Source: Squalus acanthias (Eukaryota). From it: a stretch of DNA of 64,000 bases. Below the pieces are notes generated by a model. It was given only the letters and a program-made list of their open reading frames with translations. It searched no databases and was not told the origin of the DNA. Of the stretch, positions 36,801 through 49,324 are shown one piece after another; positions within the stretch are counted from its first letter, which is position 1; each line of letters opens with the position of its first letter. Location: positions 11,720,001 through 11,784,000 of the forward strand of contig CM059433.1 in the NCBI GenBank assembly GCA_030390025.1, written 5' to 3'. The translations under genes and the position numbers were made by a program.

Positions 36801-37136
36801 CTACAACATTAATTAAATTTAAAACAGAAATAGACAGTTTCCTAGAAGTAAAGGGCATTAAGGGTTACGGGGAGCGGGCAGGAATTTGGACATGAGTCTA
36901 GGTTCGGATCGGTCATGGCCCTGTGGGTAGTGGAGCGGGCCCAGGGACTGTGTAGCCTGATTCTGCTCCTATTTCGTGTGTGCAATTCTGTTAGATGCAG
37001 GAGATGTTTCTGTGATAGATAGTAGATTGGCGGTTAGGATCAGATCAGCCATGATCTTATTGAATGGCGGAGCAGGCTCGATGGGCCGATTGGCCTACTC
37101 CTGCTCCTATTTCTTATGTTCTTATGTTCTTATGTT
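33885..37136 (+). mobile_element. Young CR1 LINE with near-complete ORF2 (APE endonuclease plus RT) and one frameshift
   Basis: ORFs 33838-35154 (YLNARSIRNK, ITETWL, YRPP, GDFN, SDH) and 35174-36895 (RT); an extra A at 35140-35142 explains the break; (TTCTTATG)3 tail. Confidence 0.95.
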
Positions 37137-37852
37137 CTATTAGGTCACCCCTCAGCCCTCAGCCTTCTCTGTTCAAGAGAAAAGAGGCCCAGCCTGTTCA
37201 TCCTTTCCTGATAGGTATAACCTCGCATTTCTGGTATCATCCTTGTAAATCTTTTTTTGCACCCTCTCCAGTGCCTCAATATCCTTTTAATAATATGGCA
37301 ACCAGAACTGTACGCAGTACTCCAAGTGTGGTCTAACCAAGGTTCGATACAAGTTTAGCATAATTTCTCTACTTTTCAATTCTATCCCTCTAGAAATAAA
37401 CCCCAGTGCTTGGTTTGCCTTTTTTTATGGCCTTATTAACCTGCGTCGCTACTTTTAGTGATTTGTGTAGTTTTACTCCCTTTGCTCTTTTACCCCATTT
37501 AGATTCTTATTTTCCAAGTAATATGTGACCTCCTTATTTGTCTTACCAAAATGTAATACCTCACACTTATCTATATTGAAATTCATTTGCCAATTATATA
37601 TCCATTCTGCAAGTTTATTAATGTCTTCTTGTAATTTGTTGCTGTCCTCCTCCGTATTGACTATCCCCCCCAAATTTGGTGTCGTCTGCAAATTTGGTCC
37701 CAGCACTGATCCTTGTGGGACCCCACTTCCCACCTTCTTCCATTCTGAATAGCTACCCTTTACCCTTACTCTATGCTTTCTGTCTTGCAGCCAGCTTACT
37801 ATCCATTCTGCGACTTGTCCCCTGACTCCGCATGCTCTGATTTTTTTAATAA

Positions 37853-39022
37853 ATTCCGACATAAGAGGTTAGTGTGCAAAATTAAAGCACATGGGATTGG
37901 GGGTAATATACTGGCATGGACTGAAAATTGGTTAACAGACAGGAAACAGAGAGTAGGAATAAATGGGTCTTTTTTGGGGTAGCAGGCGGTGACTAGTGGG
38001 ATACCGCAGGGATCAGTGCTTGGGCCCCAGCTATTCACAATATATATCAATGATTTGGATGAGGGAATCAAATGTAATATTTCCAAATTTGCTGACGACA
38101 TGAAACTAGGTGGGATTGCGAGTTGTGAGGAGGATGCAAAGAGGCTTCAAGGCGATATAGACAGGTTGAGTGAGTGGGCAAATACATGGCAGATGCAGTA
38201 TAACGTGGATAAATGTGAAGTTATCCACTTCGGTAGGAAAAACAGAAAGGCTGAGTATTATTTAAATGGTGATAGATTGGGAAATGTTGATGTACAAAGG
38301 GACCTGGGTGTCCTTGTACACCAGTCACTGAAAGCAAACATGCAGGTGCAGCAAGCAGTTAGGAAGGCAAATGGTATGTTGGCCTTCATTGCAAGAGGAT
38401 TTGAGTACAGGAGCAAGGATGTCTTGCTACAGTTATACAGGGCCTTGGTGAGACCACACCTGGAGTACTGTGTGCAGTTTTGGTCTCCTTACCTAAGAAA
38501 GAATATACTTGCCATAGAGGGAGTGCAGCGAAGGTTCGCCAGACTGATTCCTTTAAATGGCAGGACTGTCGTATGAGGAGAGATTGGGTCGACCAGGCCT
38601 GTATTCACTAGAGTTTAGAAGAATGAGAGGGGATCTCATTGAAACGTATAAAATTCTGACAGGGCTAGACAGACTGGATGCAGGGAGGATGTTTCCCCTG
38701 GCTGGGGGGTCTAGAACGAGGGGTCACAGTCTCAGGATACGGGGGTAGGACATTTAGGACTGAGATGAGGAGAAATTTCTTCACTCAGAGGGTGGTGAAC
38801 ATGTGGAATTCTCTACCACAGAAGACTGTGGAGGCCAAGTCACTGAATATATTTAAGAAGGAGATAGATAGATTTCTAGACGTAAAAGGTGTCAAGGGGT
38901 ATGGGGAGAGAGCGGGAATATGGTATTGAGATAGAGGATCAGCCATGATCATATTGAATGGCGGAGCAGACTCGAAGGGCCGAATGGCCTACTCCTGCTC
39001 CTATTTTTCTATGTTTCTATGT
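37853..39022 (+). mobile_element. CR1 RT/3' fragment (second subfamily)
   Basis: GIPQGSVLGP, KFADD; stop codon and frameshift; 3' tail. Confidence 0.92.
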
Positions 39023-39471
39023 TTTCATTAGTTTATTATGTGGTACCTTCTCAAAGGCCTTTTGGAAATCTAGATATTACATCTACTACAGTACCCTAGT
39101 CTACTCTCTCTGTTACCTCTTCAAAGAATTCAATGAGGTTAGTCAAGCAAGACTTTCCCTTTTGAAATCCATGCTGACTATTCATTATTATATTTTTGGT
39201 TTCTAGATGTTTTTTCTATTTTCTCCTTTAGTGGGGATTCCATTATCTTTCCTACCACCAATGTTAAGCTGACTGGTCTATAGTTCCCTAGACATGATCT
39301 ATCTCCCTTCTCAAATATAGGTAAAACATTAGCTATCAGCCAGTTCTCTGGCACTAAACATTTTTCTAACAAATTATTAAATATGTGTAATAGTGCCTCT
39401 ACTATCTCTTCCCTATATTCTTCTAAAATGCGCAGATGCAATCCGTCCGGACCTGGGGTTTTATCTTCCTT

Positions 39472-40241
39472 GGGAGAAAAATTGTGTTGCTTGGTGCCTC
39501 CCGTTAGCCCCCTAAGAGGGCGCTAACGAGGCACAAAGCAACTAGCGCCCAGACACCGGCGCCGCCCACACCTCCCGCAAAGTTCAGCGGGAGGTTAACG
39601 GTGACGCTAACCGGTAGCGCCCCGCTGCGCCGCCGGTGATGACGTCATTGCCGTGTGCAGTGCCCCACTCACACCCCGGCCGCGATCTTCGGGAGCGCCC
39701 ACTGACTTACCGCCGGACACTATGTCCAACGGGGTCAGGGGGGCCTACCTGCGGCCGGGGAGGCGCTATTTAAAGGCGAGGTGCGGGGTGGCCATTTTTG
39801 TTACTGGCCGCCTGCCAGCACCTGCCTGTGCTCCCATCCCCAGCCTCCTGAACCGCCCCCCCGCCGCGGAGTGCCGGCTGCGCTCCGTGAGCCCACCACT
39901 TCTCTTGAGTGCCGGGCTCTTTTGCCGGCACTCCCGATCCCCGGGGGCCCAGCTGGGCCCCGGGTCGCGCTGCACAAGGCCCCGCCCCTTTAAGAAGAGG
40001 AGGAAGTCCTGCAATACTGCGGCGCGATGTGCCGCAGGGCATGACACTGCGGCACATAGCGCCGCGATATTGACTCGCAGCGCCCCAAGAGGGATGCGGG
40101 GCGCTTCCAGTAGCGCCCCGCTTCCCTCTTGGGGTGCAACCACTCAATTTCCGGTGCGGGGTGCTAATTTTTCCGGGGCGCTAAAAGTAGTGTCCCGGCG
40201 AAGTTAGCGTCCAAAATGGGGTACTACTCAATTTTTAGCCC
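39472..40241. mobile_element. Harbinger-type MITE family A
   Basis: Termini GGGAGAAAAATTG / CAATTTTTAGCCC; interrupts the old CR1. Confidence 0.78.
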
Positions 40242-40811
40242 TTTGAGTTTGATTAGTTTATTTAATAATTCCGTTCTTTTTATTTTAAATGCAGTTATAT
40301 CATTTTTAATCTTATCTTCTGATGTCATGTTCACCTGATCTGTCTCCCTGGTAAATACTGAAGCAAAATAATAATTTAATATTTCTGCCATTTCGCTATC
40401 GCTGCATATGATTTTATCCTGTCCGTCCCTTGGTGGGCCTATTCCAATCCTGACTTTCCTGTTTTTATTTATGTGCCTGTAGAATATTTTACTATTTTAT
40501 TTTATGTTCCTTGATAATTTAATTTCATAGTTCTTCTTTGCCCTCTTAATTGTTTTTTGACTTTCTCCTAATCTCTTTGTATTCACCCTTATCATGCTCT
40601 CCCCCTGCTGTCCACGTACTTACTGTATGCCTCTTTCCTTACCCTCAATTTTTCCCTTATGTCTTTATTCACCATGGTGTCTCATTAGTGTTTAGTTTGT
40701 TCTCGTTTTTTTAGGGGAATATATTTTTCAAGTATATTTAGTTAGTAAAGGTGCAACACCACGGTCAGTCATTCTCAACAAAATGATGTGGTCTTCTCAA
40801 CAAGAAGACAA

Positions 40812-41775
40812 AACAACAACTCACATTTATAAAGCACCTTTACTGTAGAAAATGTCTCAAGGCCCTTCACAGCGGTGTAATCAGACAAAAATAGACACTG
40901 AGCCAAAGGAGGAAATATTAGGAGGGATGACCAACAGCTTAGTCAAAGGGTATTCTGGAGTATCTTAAAGGAGGAGAGGGAGGTGGCGAGGCATAGAGGT
41001 TTAGGGAGGGAATTGCAGAGTGTGGGGTCTTGGCGTTTGAAGGCACAGTCGTGAGGCGGAGAGAGAGAGGGGATGCACAAGAGGCCAGAGTTGGAGGAAT
41101 GCAGAGTTCATGGGGGATTGTAGGGCTGGAGGTAGTTACAGAGATTGGGAGGAGTAAGGCCATGATGGGATTTAAATAGGATAATCAGAATTTTAAATTT
41201 GGAGGACTGGGAGCCAATGTAGGTGAGCAAACACGAGATGAGTGATCGGGATTGGTGTGGGATGGGATATTTTGTATTGTATTCTTACGCAGAGTTTTGT
41301 ATGAGCTGAAGTTTGTAGAGGGTGGGCGAAGGGAGGTCAATCAGGAGAACATTGGAATAGTGGGTCTGGAGGTAATAAAAGCGCGGATGAGGGTTTTGAC
41401 AGCAGATGGGCTGAGGCAGGGGCGGAGAGGGTGATGTTGCAGAGGTGGAAGTAGGCGAAATCTTTGTGATGGAGAGGATAGGGGGTTGGCAGCTCAGCTC
41501 GGGGTCAGGTAGGACGGCAAGGTTGCGAAGTCTGGTCCAACCTAGAGACAGTGGCCAGGGCGGGGGATAGAATCGGTGGCAAGGATGCTGAGTTTGTGGC
41601 CGAAACCGAAGATGATGGCTTCGATCTTCCCAAAGTTTAACTGGAGGAAATTGCGCCGCATCCAAAACTGAATGTCATACGAGCAGTCTGATAACACAGA
41701 GGTGGTAGAAGGGTCAAGTAAGGTGGCGAAAATATAGAGCTGGATATTGTTAATGTACATGTGGCCGCTGACACC
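40812..41775 (-). mobile_element. L2 LINE 3' fragment, degenerate
   Basis: IQFWMRRNFLQLNFGKIEAIIFG and KLQLIQNSA motifs; tail tataaatg..(gtt)n. Confidence 0.85.
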
Positions 41776-41778
41776 ACA

Positions 41779-43760
41779 GCCTAGAAATTCGAGCGTGCCC
41801 AAAAACGGGCACGCAGGGAACAATCCCAATACACTTATTAAAATAAATGTAAACAGCCGAACCTGCAGGAAACTTGAGTGCAATGAGAGTGTAACTGTTT
41901 AACAGCGCTCTGCACAGACTCCTGTCTTCAGCACAACCCTGGGAGACTGACAGGTATCGTTAAAGCAAGTGTGTTCTCTCTCAGTTCTGCTCAAATCTCT
42001 CCCAAGGCATTTCTAACCCGCATCTTTATTCTACGTTCACGTCAGTGTGGCACTCCAGCTGGCACCTGTGCCCAGTGGGCAACAACGCAGAAGAGGTGGG
42101 AGGAGAATGGTGAACTTTTCTAAGGAGGACCTTGTTGTCCTCTTGCAAGAGGTGAAGGAGGAGAGACACAGGCTCCTGGCATCACTACTCTCGTGCAAGC
42201 CTATCAGAGCATCAAGCCGTGCTGCCTGGGGGGAGGTGACACTGACCCTCTCGGCCGACTCCCTTACTTCCAGGACAGTGCAGGAAAAAAAAAATCACCA
42301 GATCTGGCAAGGTAAGGCACTCGCAATGGTTTTACTTCCTTCCTTGCCCAACCTGGGCACCATCACACTCTTCGCCCTCTTAAACACCTCACACTTCTAA
42401 CCCATCACACTGCACTCTACTAACTCCCTAGCCTGCTGTCTGCTACACACCTCCCCAGCACACAAAAACTGCTTTGTGCAACCCCCCAAGAGAATTTTCT
42501 CAACTCCAACATCTTCACACCCCCCCACATCTCTCCCTTCACCTCTCCCGTCACATTCACCGGATACTCCTCCATTACCAGCCCTCCCCTTATTTACTTA
42601 TGTCGTTGCAGGAGAAACTGGTGCACAACTCTAGATAGAGGCAGGCCACTGGAGGGAGATGGCCAACATCCCAACACTGCACCCACTCAACCCCCATGAG
42701 GAAAAGGCCACGGGCCTCATGGGGACACACTCCGTCACAACTGCGCAAGGGGCGGAGGTCAGGGTCATCTGACCAGGGCCAGGTGAGTAACTCAGCGCCT
42801 TTAATGTTATCCCACCAGCCCTAACTGCATACACACCCATATGGGGGCGATTTTGCCAGCCCTGGGGAGGCGGCTATGGAGACGGGACTGCCGGGAAAAT
42901 GGCAGAATATGAGGGCAGGTACCCATCCCGCCCCCCAACCCGCCTCCATGCCATCTTCCCAGGAGGCTGGTACCCGAAGCTCTTGACAGATGAAACGTCA
43001 CTCGCTGACGTCACCAGTAACCGGCTTTCCCTTAATTGGCCTGCTAAGCCCGCTGGGCGGGCTTAACAAGGTCAATCAAGGGAAAATAGCGTGGGTTGGC
43101 CAGAAGTCAATGGAGGCGGGACTAAAACCCGACAAGTGGGAGTCGCGCCTCCAAAAGCTCCCCATTGGCAAAATCCAGCCCTATCGCCCATCCATTTTTC
43201 TACTTCATCCCGAGAGGCTCAAGCTCGTTCCTTCTTAAAATTGGCCATGCTTTCCTGCACATCCACCACAGCCACGGGGGCCGCAGGGAGGAGGAGGACA
43301 AGAAACCATGGCGACAGGAAGAGCCAAGCCATCTCAACCCATCCACCTCTGGCCCAAAGCACTCCCCCAGATTACCACCGGTGACATTGGCTTCCGTTCT
43401 CGCAGGCACCAGCTCAGGGACTTACACTCAAGGGGATTTAGATCATGAACCAGGAATTGGCACCAGGTGAGTCACTGAGCACGGGGGGGGAACCAGGGGA
43501 GTGGGAGGTGGGCGAGGATTTGCCATCTTCCCCTGTGGAGGTGGAGAAGAAAGCTGCCGATGACAACATAGTTGTGGGACCCAGAACTCATGGGTACTCA
43601 TCTCAAAAGAAGAATGTTGGAGGAACATCAAACCAATCTCCCAGGATGTGCGACAATTGGCAGGTGTGACTGTTACCTCTCCTTTGCAACAGCATCTCAG
43701 AAGGTTTCTCCTGAGCTCAACATGCTACTGATGAAATTCCTCCTACATTGTGATGGCATA
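41779..43760 (+). pseudogene. Decayed Harbinger-type Myb/SANT-like (trihelix) gene
   Basis: NFSKEDLVVLLQEV...AAWGEV...RTVQ then gtaagg donor; next exon ttgcag|EKLVHNSR*RQATGG; stops and frameshifts; MITE inserted. Confidence 0.65.
42843..43181. mobile_element. MITE family C, short form
   Basis: Termini GGGGGCGATTTTGCCA / TGGCAAAATCCAGCCC with TAT on both sides; ends match 55507-56256. Confidence 0.82.
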
Positions 43761-44846
43761 GAGTGGTATGCCCACGAGGAAAGCCATCCCTTGTCTGAAT
43801 TCGATCTGATTGTGGGTTTGCGGGTGGGGAAAGTCGGAGGTTCCAAAAAGTACTCCTGGGAAGAAAGGAAAGCACCACGTTGAAATGAAGTACAGCTGCC
43901 AGTGATTAAAAAATGTGAAGGTAGGGGTTAAAAACATTTCATCAGAAGCTTGTAATTAGTAAGTGAAATTGGTCCCCTCTTCACCTCACCAACTCCTCAT
44001 TTACAATATCTGAAATATTAAAGGGAAATATTGGACCCTTTTTTTTGGGGGGGGGGCGACGGGGGGTAAAGTCACACCAATTGCAAGAGTGGGGTAAACC
44101 AAGGAAACTTCCATGTACTTGAACAGCGCAGCAATGCAAATGAGAGCCTAAGGGGTTTTGACAGGCACAAGATTCGTACAGTTAAAAAGATCGAGGAAAT
44201 TTACATTTAGCACGATAGCGGCACATAAGTGGCATAACATAGAAATTTCCTCCGAACTTTTAGAACATTAACAGCGTAACAATGGTGTGAGCGCTGAAGA
44301 CTACGAGGAAATTCAGGGCACATTAATACATATTTAAAAAGGAAGAATATAAAAGGATACCAGTCGATCTCCTGTATGGTTGCACATGGGGAGTCCATTC
44401 CATGTTTAGTCTTCAGGTGAAGCGAAGCAAAAAGACACGGCATAATTGGACTAGGACATGCAGACATGTTTAAACTCATACATTCTGTCTTTATTTTTCT
44501 GCAATATTTGATTTGATAATATTATCTATTATATTAAAAATGATAAATCTGCTCATACCTCCTGTTAACATGTTCATTATGAATTCCTATATCCACTGGC
44601 ATGTATTTACTGCATCACAAGCTTACATAGGCAGTTTCCATTATATATGTGGAGAAAGGAATTTATAACAGAAAAATGCTGGCAGGAATTGTATGAAGAT
44701 TTTTAATATATTACTCATCAATCTCCTATGACATTGGATAGGAGGAGTCAAGTAGACTTTGGGTGAAGGAGGGGCTTTAGAGAGCAGGGAATCATTAGAC
44801 CAGTGTGTGTGGATGTAATTCAGTCCTTATTTTAAAGTCAAACATT

Positions 44847-45516
44847 GGGCTGGATTTTCATTGACCCGTGGAGGTGGGTTTGGAGACGTGTGGGGGGTTA
44901 AAATTGCGAAAACTGGCGGGCGGGCACAAGCCCACCTCCACGCAATTTTCATTAAATCGTGTCTGCTGGTCCCGACTTCGTCCCGCCTCTAAGAGACGGG
45001 ATAGGCTGTTAAGGCCCTTAACAAGCACTAAATTGGCTCTATAATGCCATTTTGAAAGGCCTTTGTGATTTTAACCCTTTTTCTACGTGAAGCACACCTG
45101 TTCTGAACCACGAATGTGAAACCTGGCGGGAGCACATTTGGCTGGGTCGGCTGGATGGATGGCTGGATGACTGACATATCTGGGAGTGGTGGTGGATGGG
45201 AGACATATCTGGGAGTGGTGGTGGAAAAATATCTGGGAGCAGACTTAGGGCTGCTGCTGCTCATTTTGCATCCAGGTCCTCTCACAGCAAAGGCCAGGCA
45301 GTCTTTGCAGACCTTCAATGCAGCAGCAATGATGACATCATCAGAGGCGACTTTCAGACCGAAAACACTAATTGGTTCATGGGTTCCCACATGCTGGAAC
45401 TCAATTGCCCAATTAGGTGAAAATCGCATCAATCTCCCACATCCAATTGCAGTCGGGTGGATAACACGAAAAGTGGATGACACGACCCCAACCTGCCCAG
45501 TATCAAAATCCAGCCC
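44847..45516. mobile_element. MITE family B
   Basis: Perfect 12-bp terminal inverted repeats GGGCTGGATTTT / AAAATCCAGCCC with ATT on both sides. Confidence 0.85.
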
Positions 45517-45762
45517 ATTGTGTCCTTATTTTTTTTCTCTTTCCATTCTAAATTCTTATGTTCACAATCCTAATTGAAACTGCCTATGTAAAGTTGTCAT
45601 GCTGTAAACACACCCAGCCACCAATGGAGGCATTGCAGCACCATCACTAGGAGGAGGGTCTCGTTACACTATGACAAGTTTACATGAGCCGCTTTCATTA
45701 TTAATGTGGACATAGGAATTTACAATGGAAAGAGTTGACAGGAAAGATCTGCAGCATTGTTC

Positions 45763-45784
45763 ATATATATATATATATATATAT
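45763..45784. repeat. (AT)n microsatellite
   Basis: About 11 AT units. Confidence 0.9.
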
Positions 45785-45974
45785 TTTAGTTAATTTAACT
45801 GTTTTGTGGAAGAGCCAATTGAGGAATAAATGTTGGCCAGGATACCAGGAGAATTCCCCTGCTCTTTAAATAGTGCCATGAAATCTTTTACACACACCTA
45901 GATGGGAGCTCAGTTTAACATCCATTCCAAAAGACAGCGCCTCCAACAATGTAGCACTACCTCAAGTACTCAAG

Positions 45975-46590
45975 AGCAGGTCAGAGGCTGGGTATTCTGC
46001 GGCGAGTGTCTCACCTCCTGACTCCCCAAAGCTTTTCCACCATCTACAAGGCACAAGTCAGGAGTGTGATGGAATACTCTCCACTTGCCTGGATGAGTGC
46101 AGCTCCAACAACACTCAAGAAGCTCGACACCATCCAGGACAAAGCAGCCTACTTGATTGGCACCCCATCCACCACCTTAAACATTCACTCCCTCCACCAC
46201 CGACGTACCGTGGCTGCAGTGTGTACCATCTACAAGATGCACTGCAGCAACTCGCCAAGGCTTCTTCGGCAGCACCTCCCAAACCCGCGACCTCTTCCAC
46301 CCAGAAGGACAAGGGCAGCAGGCGCACGGGAACACCTCCATGTTCCCCTCCAAGTCACACACCATCCTGACTTAGAAGCATAACGCCGATCCTTCATCGT
46401 CACTGGGTCAAAATCCTGGAACTCCCTTCCCTAACAGCACTGTGGGAGCACCTTCACCACACGGACTGCAGCGGTTCAAGAAGGCGGCTCACCACCACCT
46501 TCTCAAGGGCAATTAGGGATGGGCAATAAATGCTGGCCTTGCCAGCGACGTCCACATCCCATAAAAATGAATTTTGAATTTTTTTTTAAA
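45975..46590 (+). mobile_element. Zenon-like LINE 3' fragment inserted into an old DeuSINE (about 45820-45974 and 46591-46670)
   Basis: IYKAQVRSVMEYSPLAW...SLHHRRTVAAVCTIYKMH; ACTCAAG duplication at 45968-45974 and 46591-46597. Confidence 0.8.
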
Positions 46591-47380
46591 ACTCAAGTTC
46601 CTGTAGTGGGATTTGATCCCTCAACCTTTAGAGTCAAAGGCAAGAGTCCTACCATTGGGCCAGCCTGACACAACACTGAAGGTAAAAATGACCATTTTTC
46701 AATCCCATTAAAATATCATATCTGCCAACTAAAGTTACTACAGTTCCCTGCAACCCTTCTGATTTTAATTCTAAACCACTTTCTAAATCAACTATAACCC
46801 GAAAAGGATCAGCTTCCAATTTTTTTTTAAATTACTGAGCTACAGCAGATCTGCCAAACGTCACTCATTTTGGTTTATAAATGTGCTCTCATTTTAATGA
46901 ATGTTACCGTTAAAAATAAACTTAGCTTCATCTCGTTGAGTGAGTTGGCGAGCTGCATATGCTTTTGCTCCTCATAAATGTCACTGTTCAGCAGCGCATG
47001 CAGAACATTTAGAAAGAAGCTTCACGATTCTAAATCGTGCACCTTCCTTCTGAATGTTGCTTCTCAACCCTCTTGTGTGCTCTGGCCCGTGAATTTCCAA
47101 GGACGGTCCAGGGACACGCTCCCTCAGAAAATGTTGAACTTCACAAATGTTAAATCGTTAATTTTACAATGCTTCTTACTTCTTAACTGATAGATTTTGA
47201 ATCTAGAAATAAATTATAAAGCCCTAATTTCAACTTGGGGCAGGAATCGGGGGGGCCAAAGCGACCGGCGACCCACGGAAACAGATTCCCCGCCAAGGCA
47301 AGTCATGAATATGGAGAGGGTAATCGGGGAAAAGTCCCTGATCGGGGGGGTGAGGGGAGGCCAGAGGTGTCCTTGTTAAG

Positions 47381-47590
47381 CCATGATGTGGAGATGCCGG
47401 CGTTGGACTGGGGTGGACAAAAATGAGAAGTCGCACAACACCAGGTTATAGTCCAACAGATTTATTTAATTTTACAAGCTTTCGGAGCTGTTCGCTCCTT
47501 CCTCAGGTAGGTTAGCAGTGAGAGAATCTCCCAGAATTCACAATTTAAACACAGACAAAATCTATTCAAATCTTTCCCTACATCAAAGCC
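47381..47590 (-). mobile_element. Penelope-like element pLTR/tail fragment
   Basis: Reverse complement matches 20628-20716 and extends to gtccaccccagtccaacgccggcatctccacatcatgg. Confidence 0.75.
47473..47509 (-). ncRNA. Minimal type I hammerhead ribozyme motif
   Basis: tac-CTGAGGA-a-GGAGC gaaca GCTCC-GAAA-gctt-gta. Confidence 0.72.
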
Positions 47591-48524
47591 AGACAGAGCA
47601 CTTTAAAAAGTAAAAAACAAGGCATTTACCGGAGCCGCCTCTGGCCTGGATGGTACCTGCCGGTTTGAAGCCATGAGGCCCTTAGTCAAGCCCATGGTTA
47701 AAATACCGCGCACATCCCAATGACGTCACTGGGATGCGGCTTCACCATTTAAATTAGGCCCCCGCTCTTCTGTGGCGGGCGGCCTTCCCATGCCTGATTT
47801 CAGGATATTCAAAATGGTGGGGGCGGGCAAGCCACGGAAACAAGGCACAACCTCCCCCCCAAACATCTTAACCACCTCCTCCCCCACCACCCCCCCCCCT
47901 CCGCCACCGCCCCCCACACTGTTCCTGCCAGGCGTATGGGATTAAAATGCCCCCTTAAGAAAAATAAATGACAAAAGGTGACTCTCCCACCTTTCAGAAG
48001 CACTTTGCCTTCTGTCACAGTCCACAATCTTCCCTCCACAGAGTAATTTCGCCCCCATTCACAAAGTCACGCTCTTCCCTTCATAGACTGACTCTCCCCC
48101 CTCTGCCGCCACCCCCCCCACCTTTCCCTTCCCCCTCCTTTACAAACCTGCTCGCTGCTCTCTCACGTGCGCCTCGCTGCCAGTCCGATCTCCAGCTCCC
48201 AACCAGACATTGCTGCCTCACTCGGGGAAGGGACTGCCGATTGTGCGGGTAGGAATTCCCGATCTGGCAAAAAAACTATGGCAAAACCGAGAATTCCCGC
48301 CACAGAGCACGGCGCACCATGATGGCGCAACAGGTTGAAGCCCAGCTCGGAGGCAAGCAAATCAGCTGTTGCACTGCGACAGTTAATTTGTCATCCCAAG
48401 GAGGAAAAGATGTACCCATTTGTACCCTGTTCATGAGCCTGCCTAATCTTAACACGTACCATGCTTAACATTTCCCTAGCTTTACTCAGAGCAAAGTAGT
48501 TGATTGCATTTATTGTGATTTATT

Positions 48525-49252
48525 GGGATGATTCCCCCTCGTAGGGGAGTCTAGAACTAGGGGGCATAGTTTCAGGATAAGGGGTCGCCCATTTAAAACA
48601 GAGATAAGGGCATAAGAAATAGGAGCAGGAATAGGCCACTTGGCCCCTCGAGCCTGCTCCGCCATTCAATAAGATCATGGCTGATCTTGGGCTCAAAGCC
48701 ACTTCCCCGCCCGCTCCCCATAACCCTTCACTCCCTTATCTTGCAAAAATCTGTCTATCTCCACCTTAAATGCATTTAATGACTCAGCCTCCACGGCTCT
48801 CTGGGGCAGAGAATTCCACAGATTTATGACCCTCTGAGAGAAGAAATTCCTCCTCATCTCAGTTCTAAAAGGGCGACCCTTTATTCTGAAACTATGCCCC
48901 CGAGTTCTAGATTCCCCCACGAGGGGAAACATCCTCTCTGCATCCACCTTGTCGAGCCCCCTCAGTATCTTATATGTTTCAATAAGATTAAGATGAGGAG
49001 GCATTTCTTCTCTCAGAGGGTCGTGAATCTTTGGAATTCTCTACCCCAGAGAGCTGTGGAGGCTGGGTCATTGAATATATTCAAGGCGGAGACAGACAGA
49101 TATCTGAAAAACAGGGGAGTCAAGGGTTATGGGGAGCGGGCAGGGAAGTGGAGTTGAGGCCAAGATCGGATCAGCCATGATCTTATTTAATGACGGAGCA
49201 GGCTCGAGGGGCCGAATGGCCGACTCCTGCTCCTATTTCTTATGTTCTTATG
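48525..49252. mobile_element. CR1 3' fragment (+) with a same-family 3' fragment (-, 48611-48990) inside it
   Basis: Plus copy breaks at ...FKTE and resumes at MRRHFF; two 3' stems and tails in opposite orientation. Confidence 0.85.
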
Positions 49253-49324
49253 ATTGTTTACCTGTATTACTGCCAGTCACTAACTCAGGTGTGACAAAGT
49301 CCACAGGCTACTGTCAGAATAGAT

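Larger units (their letters stand above)
33305..40740 (-). mobile_element. Old CR1 LINE split by four younger insertions
   Basis: Collinear pieces at about 33305-33362, 33581-33884, 37137-37852, 39023-39471 and 40242-40740 (FKGKLDKHMREKG, GVPQGSVLGP, NYRPVSLT). Confidence 0.8.
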
